Origin: Eledone cirrhosa
Lineage: Eukaryota
Direction: 5' to 3'
Assembly (NCBI GenBank): GCA_964016885.1
Contig: OZ024740.1
Coordinates: 243,288,001 to 243,352,000, forward strand
DNA: 64,000 nucleotides
Under the pieces are notes generated by a model that saw nothing but the letters and a program-made list of their open reading frames with translations, was not told where the DNA came from and searched no databases. The position numbers and the translations under genes are program-made. Positions 39,648-53,124 of this stretch are shown here, one piece after another. Position 1 is the stretch's first letter; each line of letters begins with the position of its first letter.

Positions 39648-39807
39648 AACGAGTAGGACCCCGACGGCTGAGCTCTAGCCGTTTCGACGGCTAATTCGAT
39701 GGCTAATTTTTTAGTCCAGAATTAGCCGTCGAAACGGCTTGAGCTCAGCCGTCGGGGTCCTACTCGTTCCTATTACCCACTCTACTACCCTAAGTATTGA
39801 GTACTTT

Positions 39808-39846
<39 letters not shown>

Positions 39847-40036
39847 CGAAGGAAATGTGGTAAGGAACCAGGTGGACCATAACGCACCAAAGTACTCAAT
39901 ACTTAGGGTAGTAGAGTGGGTAATAGGAACGAGTAGGACCCCGACGGCTGAACTCAAGCCGTTTCAACGGCTAATTCTGGACTAAAAAATTAGCCGTCGA
40001 AACGGCTTGAGCTCAGCCGTCGGGGTCCTACTCGTT

Positions 40037-40041
<5 letters not shown>
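39643..40041. repeat. Two fold-back palindromes of one family (39643-39773, 39922-40041) with asymmetric tails; diverged third copy at 41305-41480
   Basis: ATAGGAACGAGTAGGACCCCGACGGCTGA.. / ..TCAGCCGTCGGGGTCCTACTCGTTCCTAT; contains GAAA-CGGCT..AGCCG-TC. Confidence 0.9.
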
Positions 40042-40081
<40 letters not shown>

Positions 40082-40265
40082 AAAGTTTAACCACAACATA
40101 GCTGTATACATATATGCATGTCAATTTCGTAAGCCTAAAGATATATGGTATGTTTATTAAACATTTTTGAATAAGCTGATCCAACTTATACAGCTTCATA
40201 CGCAAATGAAGCTAATCAGTCAGGCGAAAATACTATATATTCTCGCAGAAAGCAGCAGGGAAGCA

Positions 40266-40307
40266 TTGTCCCGATGAGATCCATTGGCTTGAAATGCGCA
40301 TAGGCAG
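40266..40307 (+). ncRNA. Degenerate minimal hammerhead
   Basis: TTGTC-CCGATGA-..-GAAA-TGCGCA-TA-GGCAG; weak helix II, core position 4 is C. Confidence 0.45.
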
Positions 40308-41085
40308 TTGTCCGCTGCTGTTTCTGCCAGAATCCACGAGACAGCGCAGGCCATCAGCCTTTATTCATAACTGGGCTTTAAAAATGTTTATTTATTAAAC
40401 ATACTGTATATCTTTAGATATACGAAATTCATATACATATATGTATACAGCTCTGTTGAAGCTAAATTTTGAATATATATATATAATGAAAAAATGAAGA
40501 GTATTTTGATAATTTGACTGGTATGAGCAGTATTTAAAATCGAGTGTCACAACAGCATTGCAGATAGCGAATTTTAGACGCATCCAATCACATACTAGCC
40601 AATGAAACATATGTTAATAATTGGAATAAATCCTACTGTATAGCTTATCCATGTTATTCTTCATTCTTTCATTATTAATACTCAAGGAACTGCTTACCTA
40701 GGAACTGTCCGAAATCAGCCATCCGAATGCATCGACTAAGTAAACATCTTGTTGAGTAAACCAACGCCGCACGTTAAAATCCTCCATGGTACAGATTACA
40801 CATAACCTCTACTTGGATTACCTTAAACGATACCTCTTTTACTTATATATATAATAAAAAAAACAAATGACATACATAAATATATCAAACATTAACAGAT
40901 GATTTGCAAAGGATGTAAAAACATATAGTTACAAAAGGTGGTATATTTCATTTTAACAAAAATTTCAAGTACCTGATATTCAATAATTATTTATACTCTC
41001 TCATACATATTCCATTATTGCTTAAGAAATGTTTCACCATTAAATGTATTTAATGTGTTTAAATCTTTATCTTTATTACTCATTA

Positions 41086-41225
41086 ATCCCGCTGAGGTCA
41101 GCTTTGCCTTTCATTCTTACGGGGTCGATAAAATAAAGTACCAGAAAGTACTGGGGTCGATTTGATCGACTTTCTCTCCTCTTCAAATTGCTGGCCTTGT
41201 GCCTAGAGTAGAAACAATTATTATT
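41086..41225 (+). mobile_element. SINE family 1, 5'-truncated
   Basis: Core and (ATT)n tail. Confidence 0.8.
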
Positions 41226-41474
41226 ATTATTCATTTGTTTGTCAAAATTCTTTTGTCATCACCTCCAGACACACATACATTCACACACACACACATATAT
41301 ATAAAACAAAGAGGGTGTGGTAAGATACCAGGTAGACCATAACATACCAGAGTACTCAATACTTAAGGTAGTAGAGTGGGTAAAAAAAGAGTCAGGATCC
41401 CGATGGCTGAGATCCGGCCGTTTTGACCGCTATTGAAACGGCCAGAGCTCAGCCGTCAGGGTCCTGACTCTTTT

Positions 41475-41513
<39 letters not shown>

Positions 41514-41516
<3 letters not shown>

Positions 41517-44500
41517 AAGAATGAATAATAACAGGTAGACATCATAAAAAGGTAATTTATTCCTAGTGCTTACAAATGTTTCAACAGTAGTTATACAGCC
41601 TAGTCATGCTATGTGCAAATTGGTAATTATTAGTTTGCAGAAACTCAATTTTCAAATACTGCTTCTACCGTTTCCTCAGAGCAGAATGGTTAAAATGTAA
41701 ATACCCTTGTATTTCTTAAAGGAAGTTATTGGGGAAGATAGAGTAGAAAAGGAAGAGAGATATGTAGGGGTTGGAGAAATGGGAGAGAGTGGGTTGAAGA
41801 ATACAGATAGCTTAATCAAAATGTTGTGGTAGGGATTTTATTATACTGTTTACTCTCAAAGTGACAACCCTATGCATTGTGTTGATATAGCCAAGTTTGG
41901 AATTATTTATTGCCACAGAGAGCAGATTCATAGATGTGGAGAGGGAGGGAGGTAGACCGAGGGCTAGAGAGAGAGGAAGGGGGAGAGAGAGATAGAGAGG
42001 AGACAGACGAAAGCTATGAGAAGGGGATACATCGAGTTCATAGTTGTAGTCTGCAAATCGCACTCAAGTATCCATTTATAATGATAAGCAGGGTATTGGC
42101 TTGTAGTGTGGGGGATATAGTTAGGAAGTAGTTACTGAGAGAAATTAGTTAGCGAGAAAGCGATGTTGTAGTCTCGGGTTCGAATGTTGTTATTTTATAG
42201 TGAGAGAATTTAGCCTTCAGATTGTGGTTGCAGTATAACGATCGTTCGATTCTGTCATTTAGTAATTTGTTTTTGGATTTTAAGATATAAAAGAGTTCAA
42301 GGTTGCATAATCTGCAGTATCGTTTGCCAAGGTCAATTCCGACCTAATGGAGGACGAAATTAATATTATTCTAGAGGCTAGGAAAACTATTATCAAGTTT
42401 GATAACTGCTACTGGGAACGTAGGGACAGACCCACAAACTTCGACATCACCATGGGCTCTAACGACTCAGCGGAGGTCACGGATCTTATGGGAATTTACA
42501 TAGCCCACATACTACATGGAAAATTTAATAATCTACAGGGGGGAATATATAGAGATGGCGCGCTTTTATTAGTTAATAACTTAAATAACCAAAATCTTGA
42601 AAGGCTACGGAAAAACATTAGAAAATCTTTTAGTGAACTGGGTCTAAAAATAACATACGAATACAATCTTAAAGTGGTACATTTTCTAGATGTAACTCTT
42701 AATTTGAATACTGGACTGATACGACCCTTCCACAAGATAAATGAGAACCTTACCTATATTAATTTTAACTCGAATCACCCCCTTTCCATGATCAAATCGG
42801 TTCCCCGTAGTATTCTCTCAGAATCTCTCGCCTATCGTCTGACTCTGAGATTTTCAGTGAACATGCTGAATACTATAATAACGCATTAAGGAATGCAGAC
42901 CACCGGGATAAAATAGAATACATTGCTAAGAATCCCCATAACACACATAGCTACACACGAAATCAAAGAATATGTAACCGCTGTACAGAAATACAAGCGT
43001 GCACACGCAGTACCACCAGACATACTAATAATAGAAAATCATCACCAAACTCAAATAAATTACGTTGTAGAAAGTATATCTGATATAATCCCATTTGTAA
43101 TGCTTCGATTAGTACAAAACTATTTCTTTCATTCTTTAAGTTAATTAACAAGCATTTCCCTAGTTCCCATAAATACAGTAAAATTCTGAACTCTAAAACT
43201 ATTAAACTATCATACTCCACTGCACCAAACCTTGAAGCATACATAAAAAACTTAACTTAAAGCAATTATTAAACAACACTACAAAACAAATTATTTTAGT
43301 AACAGATGAGCATAACGTAATATCGGCCTCCCAACAACCAAATGGGAGACAGGTATTACACAACCCACCTGAACTGTTATCCCAACCTATCCATGGTATA
43401 CCTGCTACTCACAACAAAAACTGCAACTGCCACCTACCCGAGAGATGCTCATTGAAGAATAAATGCCTAGAGTCCAACATTGTTTATCAATGCACTGTAG
43501 AATCGAACGACCAGAAATGGTATTACATCGGCTCTACCACATCTCCTTTAAATCTCGCTGGTATCGTCATCAATTTTCAATTAAACATCCCAAACACCGT
43601 CTGTGACTACGCTTGCCAATAAGACCTGGCAACTCCGGGAATGCAACCGGCAGCTCACCTTGAAATGGGATAAATTATCCAGCGCTAGTGCATATCGGAG
43701 TGGATTGAAGTACTGCAGATTATGCAACCTTGAACTCTTTTATATCTTAAAATCCAAAAACAAATTACTAAATGACAGAATTGAACGATCGTTATACTGC
43801 AACCACAATCTGAAGGCTAAATTCTCTCACTATAAAATAACAACATTCGAACCCGAGACTACAACATCGCTTTCTCGCTAACTAATTTCTCTCAGTAACT
43901 ACTTCCTAACCATATCCCCCACCCCCACACTACAAGCCAATACCCTGCTTATCATTATAAATGGATACTTGAGTGCGATTTGCAGACTACAACTATGAAT
44001 TCGATGTATCCTCTTCTCATAGCTTTCGTCTGTCTCCTCTCTATCTCTCTTTCTTTCTCTCTCTCCCTTGTTCTCTCTCTCGCCCTCGGTCTACCTCCCT
44101 CCCCCCCCTCTCCACATCTATGAACCTGCTCGCTGTGGCAATAAATAATCCCAATCTTGACCACATCAACACAATGCCTAAGGGCTGTCACCTTGAGAGT
44201 AAACAGTATAATAAAACCCCTACCACAACATTTTGATTAAGCTATCTGTATTCTTCAACCCACTCTCTCCCATTTCTCCAACCCCTACATATCTCTCTCT
44301 CTCTCTCTCTCTCCCCTTCTTTCTCTCTTCCTTTTCTACTGTATCTTCCCCAATAACTTCCTTTAAGAAATACAAGGGTATTTACATTTTAACCATTCTG
44401 CTCTGAGGAAACGGTAGAAGCAGCATTTGAAAATTGAGTTTCTGCAAACTAATAATTACCAATTTGCACATAGCATGACTAGGCTGTATAACTACTGTTG

Positions 44501-44719
44501 AAACATTTGTAAGCACTCGGAATAAATTACCTTTTTATGATGTCTACCTGTTATTATTCATTCTTTATCTCCACTCCGGAATGCAGAAGGATCAGAAACT
44601 GAGTTTCTTCAACTATTCTTCCATAACTCGTTGAGTAACTCCTCACCGTACGTCAACTCTATCTAGTGTAGTAATTAACCATTACTGCATTCAGGATAAC
44701 CCTAAGCATTTCTTGCATA

Positions 44720-44723
<4 letters not shown>
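41514..44723 (+). mobile_element. Penelope-like element 2, 5'-truncated, with ~0.8 kb inverted repeat
   Basis: RT motifs FDITMGSNDSAEV, GIYRDG, FLDVTL; GIY-YIG with WYYIGST and CRLCNLE; 41514-42319 is the reverse complement of 43711-44568; (TA)n flanks. Confidence 0.92.
44399..44515 (+). ncRNA. Type I hammerhead fold with 90 nt helix II in PLE2 (mirror copy on minus strand 41567-41683)
   Basis: TGCT-CTGAGGA-AACGGTAG...CTACTGTT-GAAA-CATTTG-TA-AGCA. Confidence 0.75.
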
Positions 44724-44754
<31 letters not shown>

Positions 44755-45311
44755 TAGACAACCAGTGGCCTGTTGGGTTGGATCACGGGTAGTCTAGTGA
44801 TATATATATATATATAGAGAGGGTTATAATATATAGACAAAGAGGGGGTTAGAATATATAGAGAGAAGGTTATTGGTTATCACAGAGCTGTTGGCTATTT
44901 ATGAAGGAACTCGGATAAACCCTGTTTCTCGGGAACCTGTGCTCCTACTTACGTGAAATTTGTTTTATTCCATTTGTATTCCCATTTCAGGGGCAACTTC
45001 CTTTCAATGTATTTTCCCATTATGCGCCGTTTTGGCTGTATTAAATTAGAGACAAGCACACAATCACAGAGTTTTAGTAGTATATAGATATATTCGATGC
45101 ATTGAAGTTGAGACAAATCATTCCAGTGCACGTGGGACGGTAACAGAACAAACCCGAGAGACATATGTCAAATTGTGCTTTTTTGCGAATTTCACAAATA
45201 AAGTCCTGTTCTAAATTATCAGTTTGAACTACAGAAATATTAATTTTTTATTTGTTCTTTTTATCAATGCAACCAATATTTTACAGTGAAGACCACAATT
45301 GTCAAGACACA

Positions 45312-45500
45312 ATGTTAGACTCACAGCACCTCCCAAAGGACGATCACAAACAAGAAAATATCGCTAGAAATATTGAACATCCTGATGAATCTAAATGTAA
45401 CGGATCAACATCAGAAATTAGTGACAACAACACAAATAAGAAAACTTTTGCTTCCAAGATCCTTTTAACATGTTGGCTTTGTGCAGCGTATGCAGCTTTT
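45312..45500 (+). CDS. MFS transporter (MFSD4/NAGLT1-like), coding exon 1
   Basis: MLDSQH...KILLTCWLCAAYAAF then GTAAGT donor (phase 0); upstream TTTTACAG acceptor near 45286 suggests an earlier 5' UTR exon. Confidence 0.75.
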
Positions 45501-45774
45501 GTAAGTGGATATGCTCTACTCTTTTTCACATTTTTACTCATTTACTGGTTTCAGTCATTTGAATGTGGTAATGCTGGGTTTCATTGATGTTAGCCTTCAA
45601 CAGTTTAGTCAGTGAGATTAACCCAAGTGCTTATTTTTAAAAGTTTCTATTTGTCAAAGAGCAAAATTACAGAATTTAAACAAGCAACATCAGTTGTTAA
45701 GCAATGTAAACACAAACACAGACATACATACAATGGGTTAACGCACATTTTCTAACACATATCACTTATGTAAC

Positions 45775-46150
45775 AGGCCAACTCTGGGCTGGACCAAAGG
45801 GACAGCAAAAGGCCAGATGATATGACCATGTTCCCGTTTCGCGGTGGCAAACCCCTCATCTGGGATGCCACTTGCAGTGACATTTTCTCCAGCCGCAACC
45901 TGGTGCAGTCTGCAACTAACCCAGGTACTGCTGCAGGTCGGGCTGAGGAGGCCAAACTCTCTAAGTACCGGTCGCTCTCCGACAGGTTCACGGTCATGCC
46001 CTTGGCAGTGGAGACTTCTGGTGTCTTTGGCCCCAGGGCTACCTCCCTAGTCACCACCATGTGAGCCTCGCAAGTTGGAATGGCTCTTCCAGCGCATCTC
46101 CCTTACCATCTTCCAGGGAAACGCCTTCTCCATTCTGTCTGCCAGGGCTG
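45775..46150 (+). mobile_element. CRE-like RLE endonuclease fragment in intron 1
   Basis: KRPDDMTMFPFRGGKPLIWDATCSD..AEEAKLSKY..PLAVETSG..WLFQRISL. Confidence 0.85.
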
Positions 46151-46738
46151 TTGGGAGGCCAGCACGTGGGACCCCATTTGCTCACTATTTATGAATGAAT
46201 GAAGTTACAAAGTTACTGTGGATGTCCAAAATATAAGACTTACCTTATACTCTAATATCTTAAGACATTTGTCTGTTGCTCTACCTAATTTACTAATTGA
46301 TTAGCCTTTAATAACATTTGACATTTCAGGAGTCATATCACTTTGATCATCCCTTCAAAAGATGTCATTTGATTTAATGTGCAAATAATACTAATAACTT
46401 AGATGGTGGAATAAAGTAACGTATTCGAAGAGCTGTTTGTTTTGTTTGTGTAAAACAATAACATGTCATCTTACAAAGCCTCGGTCAATTCAAAGCTATA
46501 GTATAGTTGAAAATACTTAACCAACCCAAAATCACATGGCTGAGAAACGAACTCCCTAATCACATGGCTAAGCTAGTGCTTATTGTTTATTCGTTGTTAG
46601 CTTCATGTAAGATAGCCAACATATTCAATATTTTTAAACCAATCATTGATGATCATTTGCAGGAATAATTTTGTTTCAGTTCAATGCAAATCATGAGGTT
46701 AAAAAATGGTTTAAGTCAGTTGTCAATTCTCAATATAT

Positions 46739-49700
46739 ATCATCATCATCATTTTACGTCCGCTCTTCCCTGCTTGCAAGGGTGGGACGGGTCTTATTCA
46801 GCACAGATTCTCTCCACTTGTCACGGTCCTTCGTCATCTCCACTGTGAGTTTCAGGGGTCTTAGGTCTGTTCTCACCACCTCCGCCCATGTTTTACGTGG
46901 TCTACTTCTACCACGTTTTCCTTCAACTGGCATTTCCTGGCACTTCTTCACCCATTGGTCATTCTCCATGCACATCACATGTCCATACCACCTCAGTCTC
47001 CTCTCCCGTACACTACATTCTATCACTCTCAGACACAGTTTCTCTCTCAACACATCCATGCTGGGTCATTCACTTCACGCACATTGACATTGCACATCCA
47101 ACGGAACATGCTTGCCTCATTTCTCTCCAGCCGTCGCATATCCTCTGCAGTTGCTGCCCATGTCTCACTACCATTCAGCAACACGCATCTCACACAGGCA
47201 TCATATAACTGGCCTTTCGTACGCAGGGAGAAACCCTTCTTCGTCAGCAGAGGAAGCAGCTCCCTAAACTTCTTCCAACCTGTCCTTATTCTAGATACTA
47301 TGCCCCCCCCCCCCTCCCATGCTTATCTGATCTCCTAGGTACCGGAAGCTATCCACCACTTCTATAGCACCCGCCTGCATTTGAAAAATGTGTCTATCAA
47401 TACGACTTCTACTGTCTAATTTCCCTGTACATCTACTGCATACGTATATCTCCCTACCTATTAGTTTGCCTGCTATCCCACTACATCTCTTGTGTACCCA
47501 GGATGTACATTTTATAGAATTTATGCCAGTTCCTTTTCTGCATATCGAACATGGCCATTTCCCTGACGGAATCAGAGTTTTGTCCTCTTTTCTACTCATC
47601 AACACTTTTGTCTTAGCTAGGTTCACTCTCACTCCTCTTGCTTCCAACTGCTGTTTCCATAGCCAGAATTTATTCTCTAGCTCCTCTACTGATTCTGCTA
47701 TAAGAAACAGATCATCACCATAAAGAAGTTCCCATGGACAGCCAGTCTTAAACTCCTCTGTTATGGCTTGGAGGACTATAATGAACAAGAGCAGGCTGAG
47801 GACCAAACCTTGATGTACTCCTACTTGTATCTGGAATTCCTTACTAAACTCCATTCCTACCCTGATTTTACTGACAGCACCTCTGTACAAAGTTTGCACT
47901 GTCTTCACGAGCCATTCCTCAACACCTAGTTTCCTTAGGGACCACCAGATAACAGATCGAGGTACCCTATCAAAGGCCTTCTCTAGGTCAACAAAGGCTA
48001 AGTGTAGTGGCTTATTATTCTCTAAGAACCTCTCTTGTAATTGTCTCACCAAGAAGAGGGCATCTGTTGTACTTTTCCCAGGCACAAAACTAAACTGCAT
48101 CTCATCTAGTTTGACCCTGTCTCTAATTATTTGTGCTAATATACTTTCTGCCACTTTCATAACCTGATCCATCAGTTTTATACCCCTATAATTGCTCCTC
48201 TCCAGAGCATCCCCTTTACTTTTGTAGCAATTTATGAGAATACTACTGCACCAGTCTTTGGGTATGACACCACCATATGTAGCCTGATTGATGATGCGTG
48301 CAACCAGTTTAGTGCCTATGTCCCCTGATGCCTTCAGCATCTCAGCAACTATCCCTTTTTTTTACCATTTTTCATTTCCTTAATTGCCTCTTGGACTCTA
48401 TATTCATCAATCTCAATAGTTGGTCCCTCTGTCGGATCTACTGAGGGTAATTTCTCTCTCTCCCATTCGTTCTCCACATTCACCAGTCTCTCATAATTAT
48501 ATTTCCAGGCCTCCTTTTTCTGATCATTCGTGACACTAAGTACACCGGCATCATTCCGGACACATTTATCTCCAACAACATCCTGATTTGCATTGACACA
48601 CTGCCTTGCAATGTGTAACACCGCATGCCTCTAATCTTCCCGTCGCAGAAGATTGGTTAACCTCCTACTCTCAGCCTCCCTGCGTGCTAACTACACCTGA
48701 CGTCTATCTAGCTTCTCTCTTAGCGGCTGTATATCCTTCTCTACTCCCACCCTTTTTCCAACCTTCCATGCTAGTCTTTTGTCTCTAATGGCCCTATCTA
48801 CGGTGCTGTTCCACCACCAGGTCACTCTCTGTCTGGTTGGAGGTTTGCTCCAGCCAAAAGTTTCATCAGTAGCCTGCAGTAAGTTGTCACGTAAGAAATT
48901 CCAGTTATTATCTATGTCATACGTCTCTAAATCGTCTTCTTTTTCGTCATACACACTTGAAGGGCTTTCCTAAATTTGTATTTTAGTGAAAGGTCTTTTA
49001 GCTTCCAGACCTTTCTTCTCCACACCTTCCTGTATGTTTCATTCCATCTCTTGCTTACTGAGATATCACTAACGACTAACCTATGCTATGGGGTACATTC
49101 TTCCCCAAGGTATGCCTTGGTATTTGACACCATCTGCCTGTTCTGCTGCCTAACTAGTAAGAAGTCAATCTGGCTTATGTGCTCGCCAGATTTGTAGGTT
49201 ATTAGGTGGTTGGCAGGTTTCTGGAAGTTAGTGTTGCAAATAGTCAGTGTACTTGCATCACAAAATTCAAGAAGTCTCACTCTTTCTTCATTTCTTGAGC
49301 CATAACCATGCCCACCATTTACCCCAGTGTAACCATCCTGGATCTGTCCAACATGACCATTGAAGTCCCCTGCTAACGTAACGATGTCTCCGTCCTCTGT
49401 CATTGCTGTTGTTTGTAAAAGTTGCTCGTAAAAGCAGTTTTTCTCTTCTCTGCCTAGGCCTGCTTGGGGAGCATAGGTAGAGATGATTGTCAGTAGTCTC
49501 CTGCCTATAACTAATCTAAGCTTAATTATTCGATTACTAACTCGAACTACCTCTATTGTCTTATTGATCCATCTCTCAGCCAGGAAAATGCCTACTCATC
49601 CTAACCCATCATCCTTACCTACCCAGAAAAGCTTATAGCTTGCGATTAGTCTCGCAGAGGCATCTCTCCATCAAACCTCTTGCACGCAGCACACATCCAT

Positions 49701-49875
49701 GTCTTCTCTCCAGCATCTCCGCTATTTCAGCAGATCTACCTGAGAGAGTGCCAACATTAAATGTTGCAACTCTGAGATGTGACGTCTTCATATTTTTGTT
49801 GTTCCTATATACTTGTTGCTGTGCTTATAATCGTTTTGGCATTGATACACTGGTTGGATGCCCTTCCTAACACCA
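46739..49875 (-). mobile_element. Near full-length decayed RTE-type LINE (APE + RT with Cys-rich insert) in intron 1
   Basis: LRVATFNVGTL, LAGDFNGHVG, SQIDF, NYRGIKL, DLEKAFDRVP, GVHQG, LLYGDD, RLRWYGHV; (GAT)n tail. Confidence 0.92.
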
Positions 49876-50204
49876 TATATATGTATGCATAACTATATGT
49901 GTATGTAGGTACATATGTAGTGAAAGAAATGTCTTCCCACCGTGTTCTCTTTTCACTTACTGACATGGCTACCAAGAAGTAACCTTGTGTCCTTGCAGAG
50001 AAGGCAATAGATAAATTCGTTGGGGGCTAAGTTTTGCGGCACTATTCCTATGGAGGAGAACATATTCTGTGGGTAATGGGGATCTCTCTCAGACAAACGA
50101 CTATCATCATATGGTAAATACCATACTTTAAATCATTGGACACATGCATATATCTCAACAACTTAAGTCTTGTATTCATTACATTGTCCACGACAGCTTC
50201 GTAG

Positions 50205-51320
50205 CAAGCTATTAGAATTAACAATGAATATAGTGAAAAATTTAGCATAAAAGTTGGTGTTCATCAAGGCTCTGTCCTTAGCCCCCTCCTATTTATTTAT
50301 TATTGCCCTTCGAGCTATAACAGAGGAGTTTAAGACCGGCTGCCCATGGGAACTTCTATACGCAGATGATCTAACTCTCATAGCTGAATCGATGGTTGAA
50401 ATAGAGAAGAAATTCCAAACATGGAAGCATGGCCTAGAATCAAAAGGCCTTAAAGTTAACTTGTCTAAGACTAAAGTTCTAGTATGTAGAAAGGAAAATA
50501 GGGCACTGGTTCCATCTGGGAAATGGCCATGCTCAGTTTGTAGGAAAGGAGTAGGTAGAAATTCCATTCTATGTCCCGAATGCAAACTATGGGTACATAA
50601 AAGATGTAGTGAGATCACAGGCAAGCTATCTAAGAACGTAGATTTTATATGTGGCCGATACTCAGGTGCAATAAGTAGCAAGTGCCCACAGGATACTAGC
50701 TCCTTCTATTGCCCAGATGGTTCTATAGAAATAGTGGACACTTTCCATTACCTGGGTGACAAAATCAGCAGTGGTGGAGGGTGTTCTGAAAGTACAGTAG
50801 ACAGTCAGAATGGGATGGATAAAGTTCAGAGAGCTTATACCGCTGTTGGCCACAAAAAGTTTCTCTCTAAAAATGAAAGGCAGATTGTATGATGTCTGTA
50901 TACGAACAGCAATGTTACATGGCAGTGAGACATGGGAATTATGCAGAGGACCTGCGTAGACTGGAGAGGAACGAAGCATCCATGCTCCATTGTAACATAT
51001 GCAAACGGCAAAACATAAATGAACTAAGTGATAAATTAGGTATAAGAGGGATCAGATGCTGTTTACTTGAGAGAAGACTACGTTGGTATGGTCACGTGAT
51101 GTGCATGAAAGATGACAGCTGTATAAAAAAGTGCAGAGCAATCATGAAAGATGACAGCTGTATAAAAATGGAAGTTACGGAGTAGGTAGACCCAGAAAAA
51201 CCTGGGAGAATTTGATAAATTCCGACCTTACAGACTTGCACCTCTCTAAGACAATGTCACTGGACCAAGATCTTTGGTGCCATGCAGTAATACAGAAGAC
51301 CCACCTTGCCTATGTACAAA
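50205..51320 (+). mobile_element. RTE-type LINE 3' fragment
   Basis: ELLYADDL, CSVCRKGVGRNSILCPECKLWVHKRC, RLRWYGHV. Confidence 0.9.
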
Positions 51321-51499
51321 ACAAAACCTACAGTCAGTAGGCATCTCTTAACCAAATATACACCCCAATCCACTACCCCTACTCCACCCTCCCACTCCCA
51401 CCAACACCACCATTTCTCTATAATGTTATGTTGGTACCACAACATCCAGTCCAAAATAATGAGGTTGTGTAGGTGTCACGACAAAAAAACACACAGTCC

Positions 51500-51700
51500 A
51501 CGCTGTAATGTGGCCGTGTAGGTAACACGGTAAAAACCTTCCAGTCCACACTGTAAATGTGGTTGGTGTTAGGAAGGGCATCCAGCCGTAGAAAACATGC
51601 CAGCGAGACACAGTCACCCAACCAATCTTGTCTCAAGTGGGACAATTCCCGTCTAACCCATGCTAGCATGGAAGATAGGCGTTAAACGATGATGATGATG
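51500..51700 (+). mobile_element. RTE-tailed SINE 3' part
   Basis: TTGGTGTTAGGAAGGGCATCCAGCCGTAGAAA...GCTAGCATGGAA..CGTTAAAC(GAT)n. Confidence 0.75.
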
Positions 51701-51923
51701 AGAGTGTGTGTGTGTGAGAGAGAGAGAGAATAATGAGATGAACTCTGAGATGTAAAAAGAAAGAGTCTTATTAGTTACGGTTGGTAAAGATAATAAAAAG
51801 TTGCAATGTATCGGACATTGGTCTTTCATTAGCAAAGAAGAAAGTTTGGAGGAGAGAGAGGGGTTTGGAGAAAAGAATCTTTATATATAATACTAACATT
51901 TGGAAAACTTATTTCTATTCCAG

Positions 51924-52209
51924 GGTTTAAATGATGGAATAATTGGTCCTTCTTTGCTCGATTTAATCTCCATAGTAAATGTAAGTCTAGCGGAGAGTTC
52001 CTTCTTTACGATAAGTGATGGTATTGGTTTCTTTATCTTCACCATTCTTGCTGGAATCGCAGTCAACCATATTAATAGAGATCTTCAGATCTTCATTGCC
52101 TTATTTATCCAAGGCTTACTCACTACTGCTGTACCACACTGCAAATATATATCACTGATGTGTGCTGTGAATTTATTTAGAGGAGCCTGTAGTGCCATTA
52201 CTGAATTAA
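51924..52209 (+). CDS. MFS transporter, coding exon 2
   Basis: TTCCAG acceptor, GLNDGIIGPSLLDL...GACSAITEL, GTAAGT donor (phase 1). Confidence 0.9.
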
Positions 52210-52529
52210 GTAAGTAAAAAAAACTTTACTAATGCTTTAGATTGATTAAATTACATAACTCGATGCATATTTATGCCAGAATACAATAACAAATACTAAC
52301 TTATATATACAAATATGATGACGATAGATCCTCAGTCAGTTTTGATGATAAGCATTCAGCTGGTCGCTCAACTAAACGTTCAATCTGTGATTTAACATGT
52401 AGGCAATTGAGCATTCTATAAACAGGTCTACCTTTAACACAATTCCCAAGCCAAATCAGCATGACATGATATATGACAAGACTAGCCCTTTGAATTACAG
52501 GTAAAGTTAATTTGGCAAGAGTGGAAGTT

Positions 52530-52800
52530 CGTGGCTTAGTGGTAAGTATATCAGACTTATAATCATAATGTCATGGGTTCGATCCCTGGACTGGATTGTG
52601 TGTTGTGTCCTTGAGCCAAACACTTCATTTTATGTTGCTCCAGTATACTCAGCTGAAAATGAGTACTAGCCATAGCTGGGCGTTTAACATTGCAATGGAC
52701 TGGTATTCTATCCAAGAGGGCGTCTTGAACTCTCTGTGGCTTCATGTCATGGAAACTGAAAAGCACTGGCTTGATGAGCCTCCAAGCACATTCAATCAGA
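52530..52800 (+). mobile_element. SINE family 2 relative, diverged
   Basis: GTGGCTTAGTGG A box, GGTTCGATCCC B box, GTGTCCTTGAGC core. Confidence 0.75.
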
Positions 52801-53124
52801 TGAGCTTTCATAAGTCTTTATCAAGCCAATTTCACTTATACAGCTTGGATCAACCCATGGTTATGGTCAAGAGATTTGCCCAAGTGTGCTTAAACTCAGG
52901 ACTCCTTGATGGTTATACCTAAGTTCCCCACAAAAATACAATTATTAATACCTCGACAAAAATATATACTATTTTGATACAAAATTATATTAAATTACAC
53001 TTAAAAGATTTGGGGGTTAACTGATTCTTTACATATTCAACTTAGGAAGAAAAAAAATAAAGAAAAAAATACATCCACTTTAGTAATTTGATTTAATTGC
53101 ATTTCAATTCTAAAAATAGAAATA

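Noticed and set aside
39643-40041. CRISPR-like or REP-like repeat array
   Set aside because: Inverted duplications separated by TA tracts, with no unique spacers or cas genes, in a eukaryotic context
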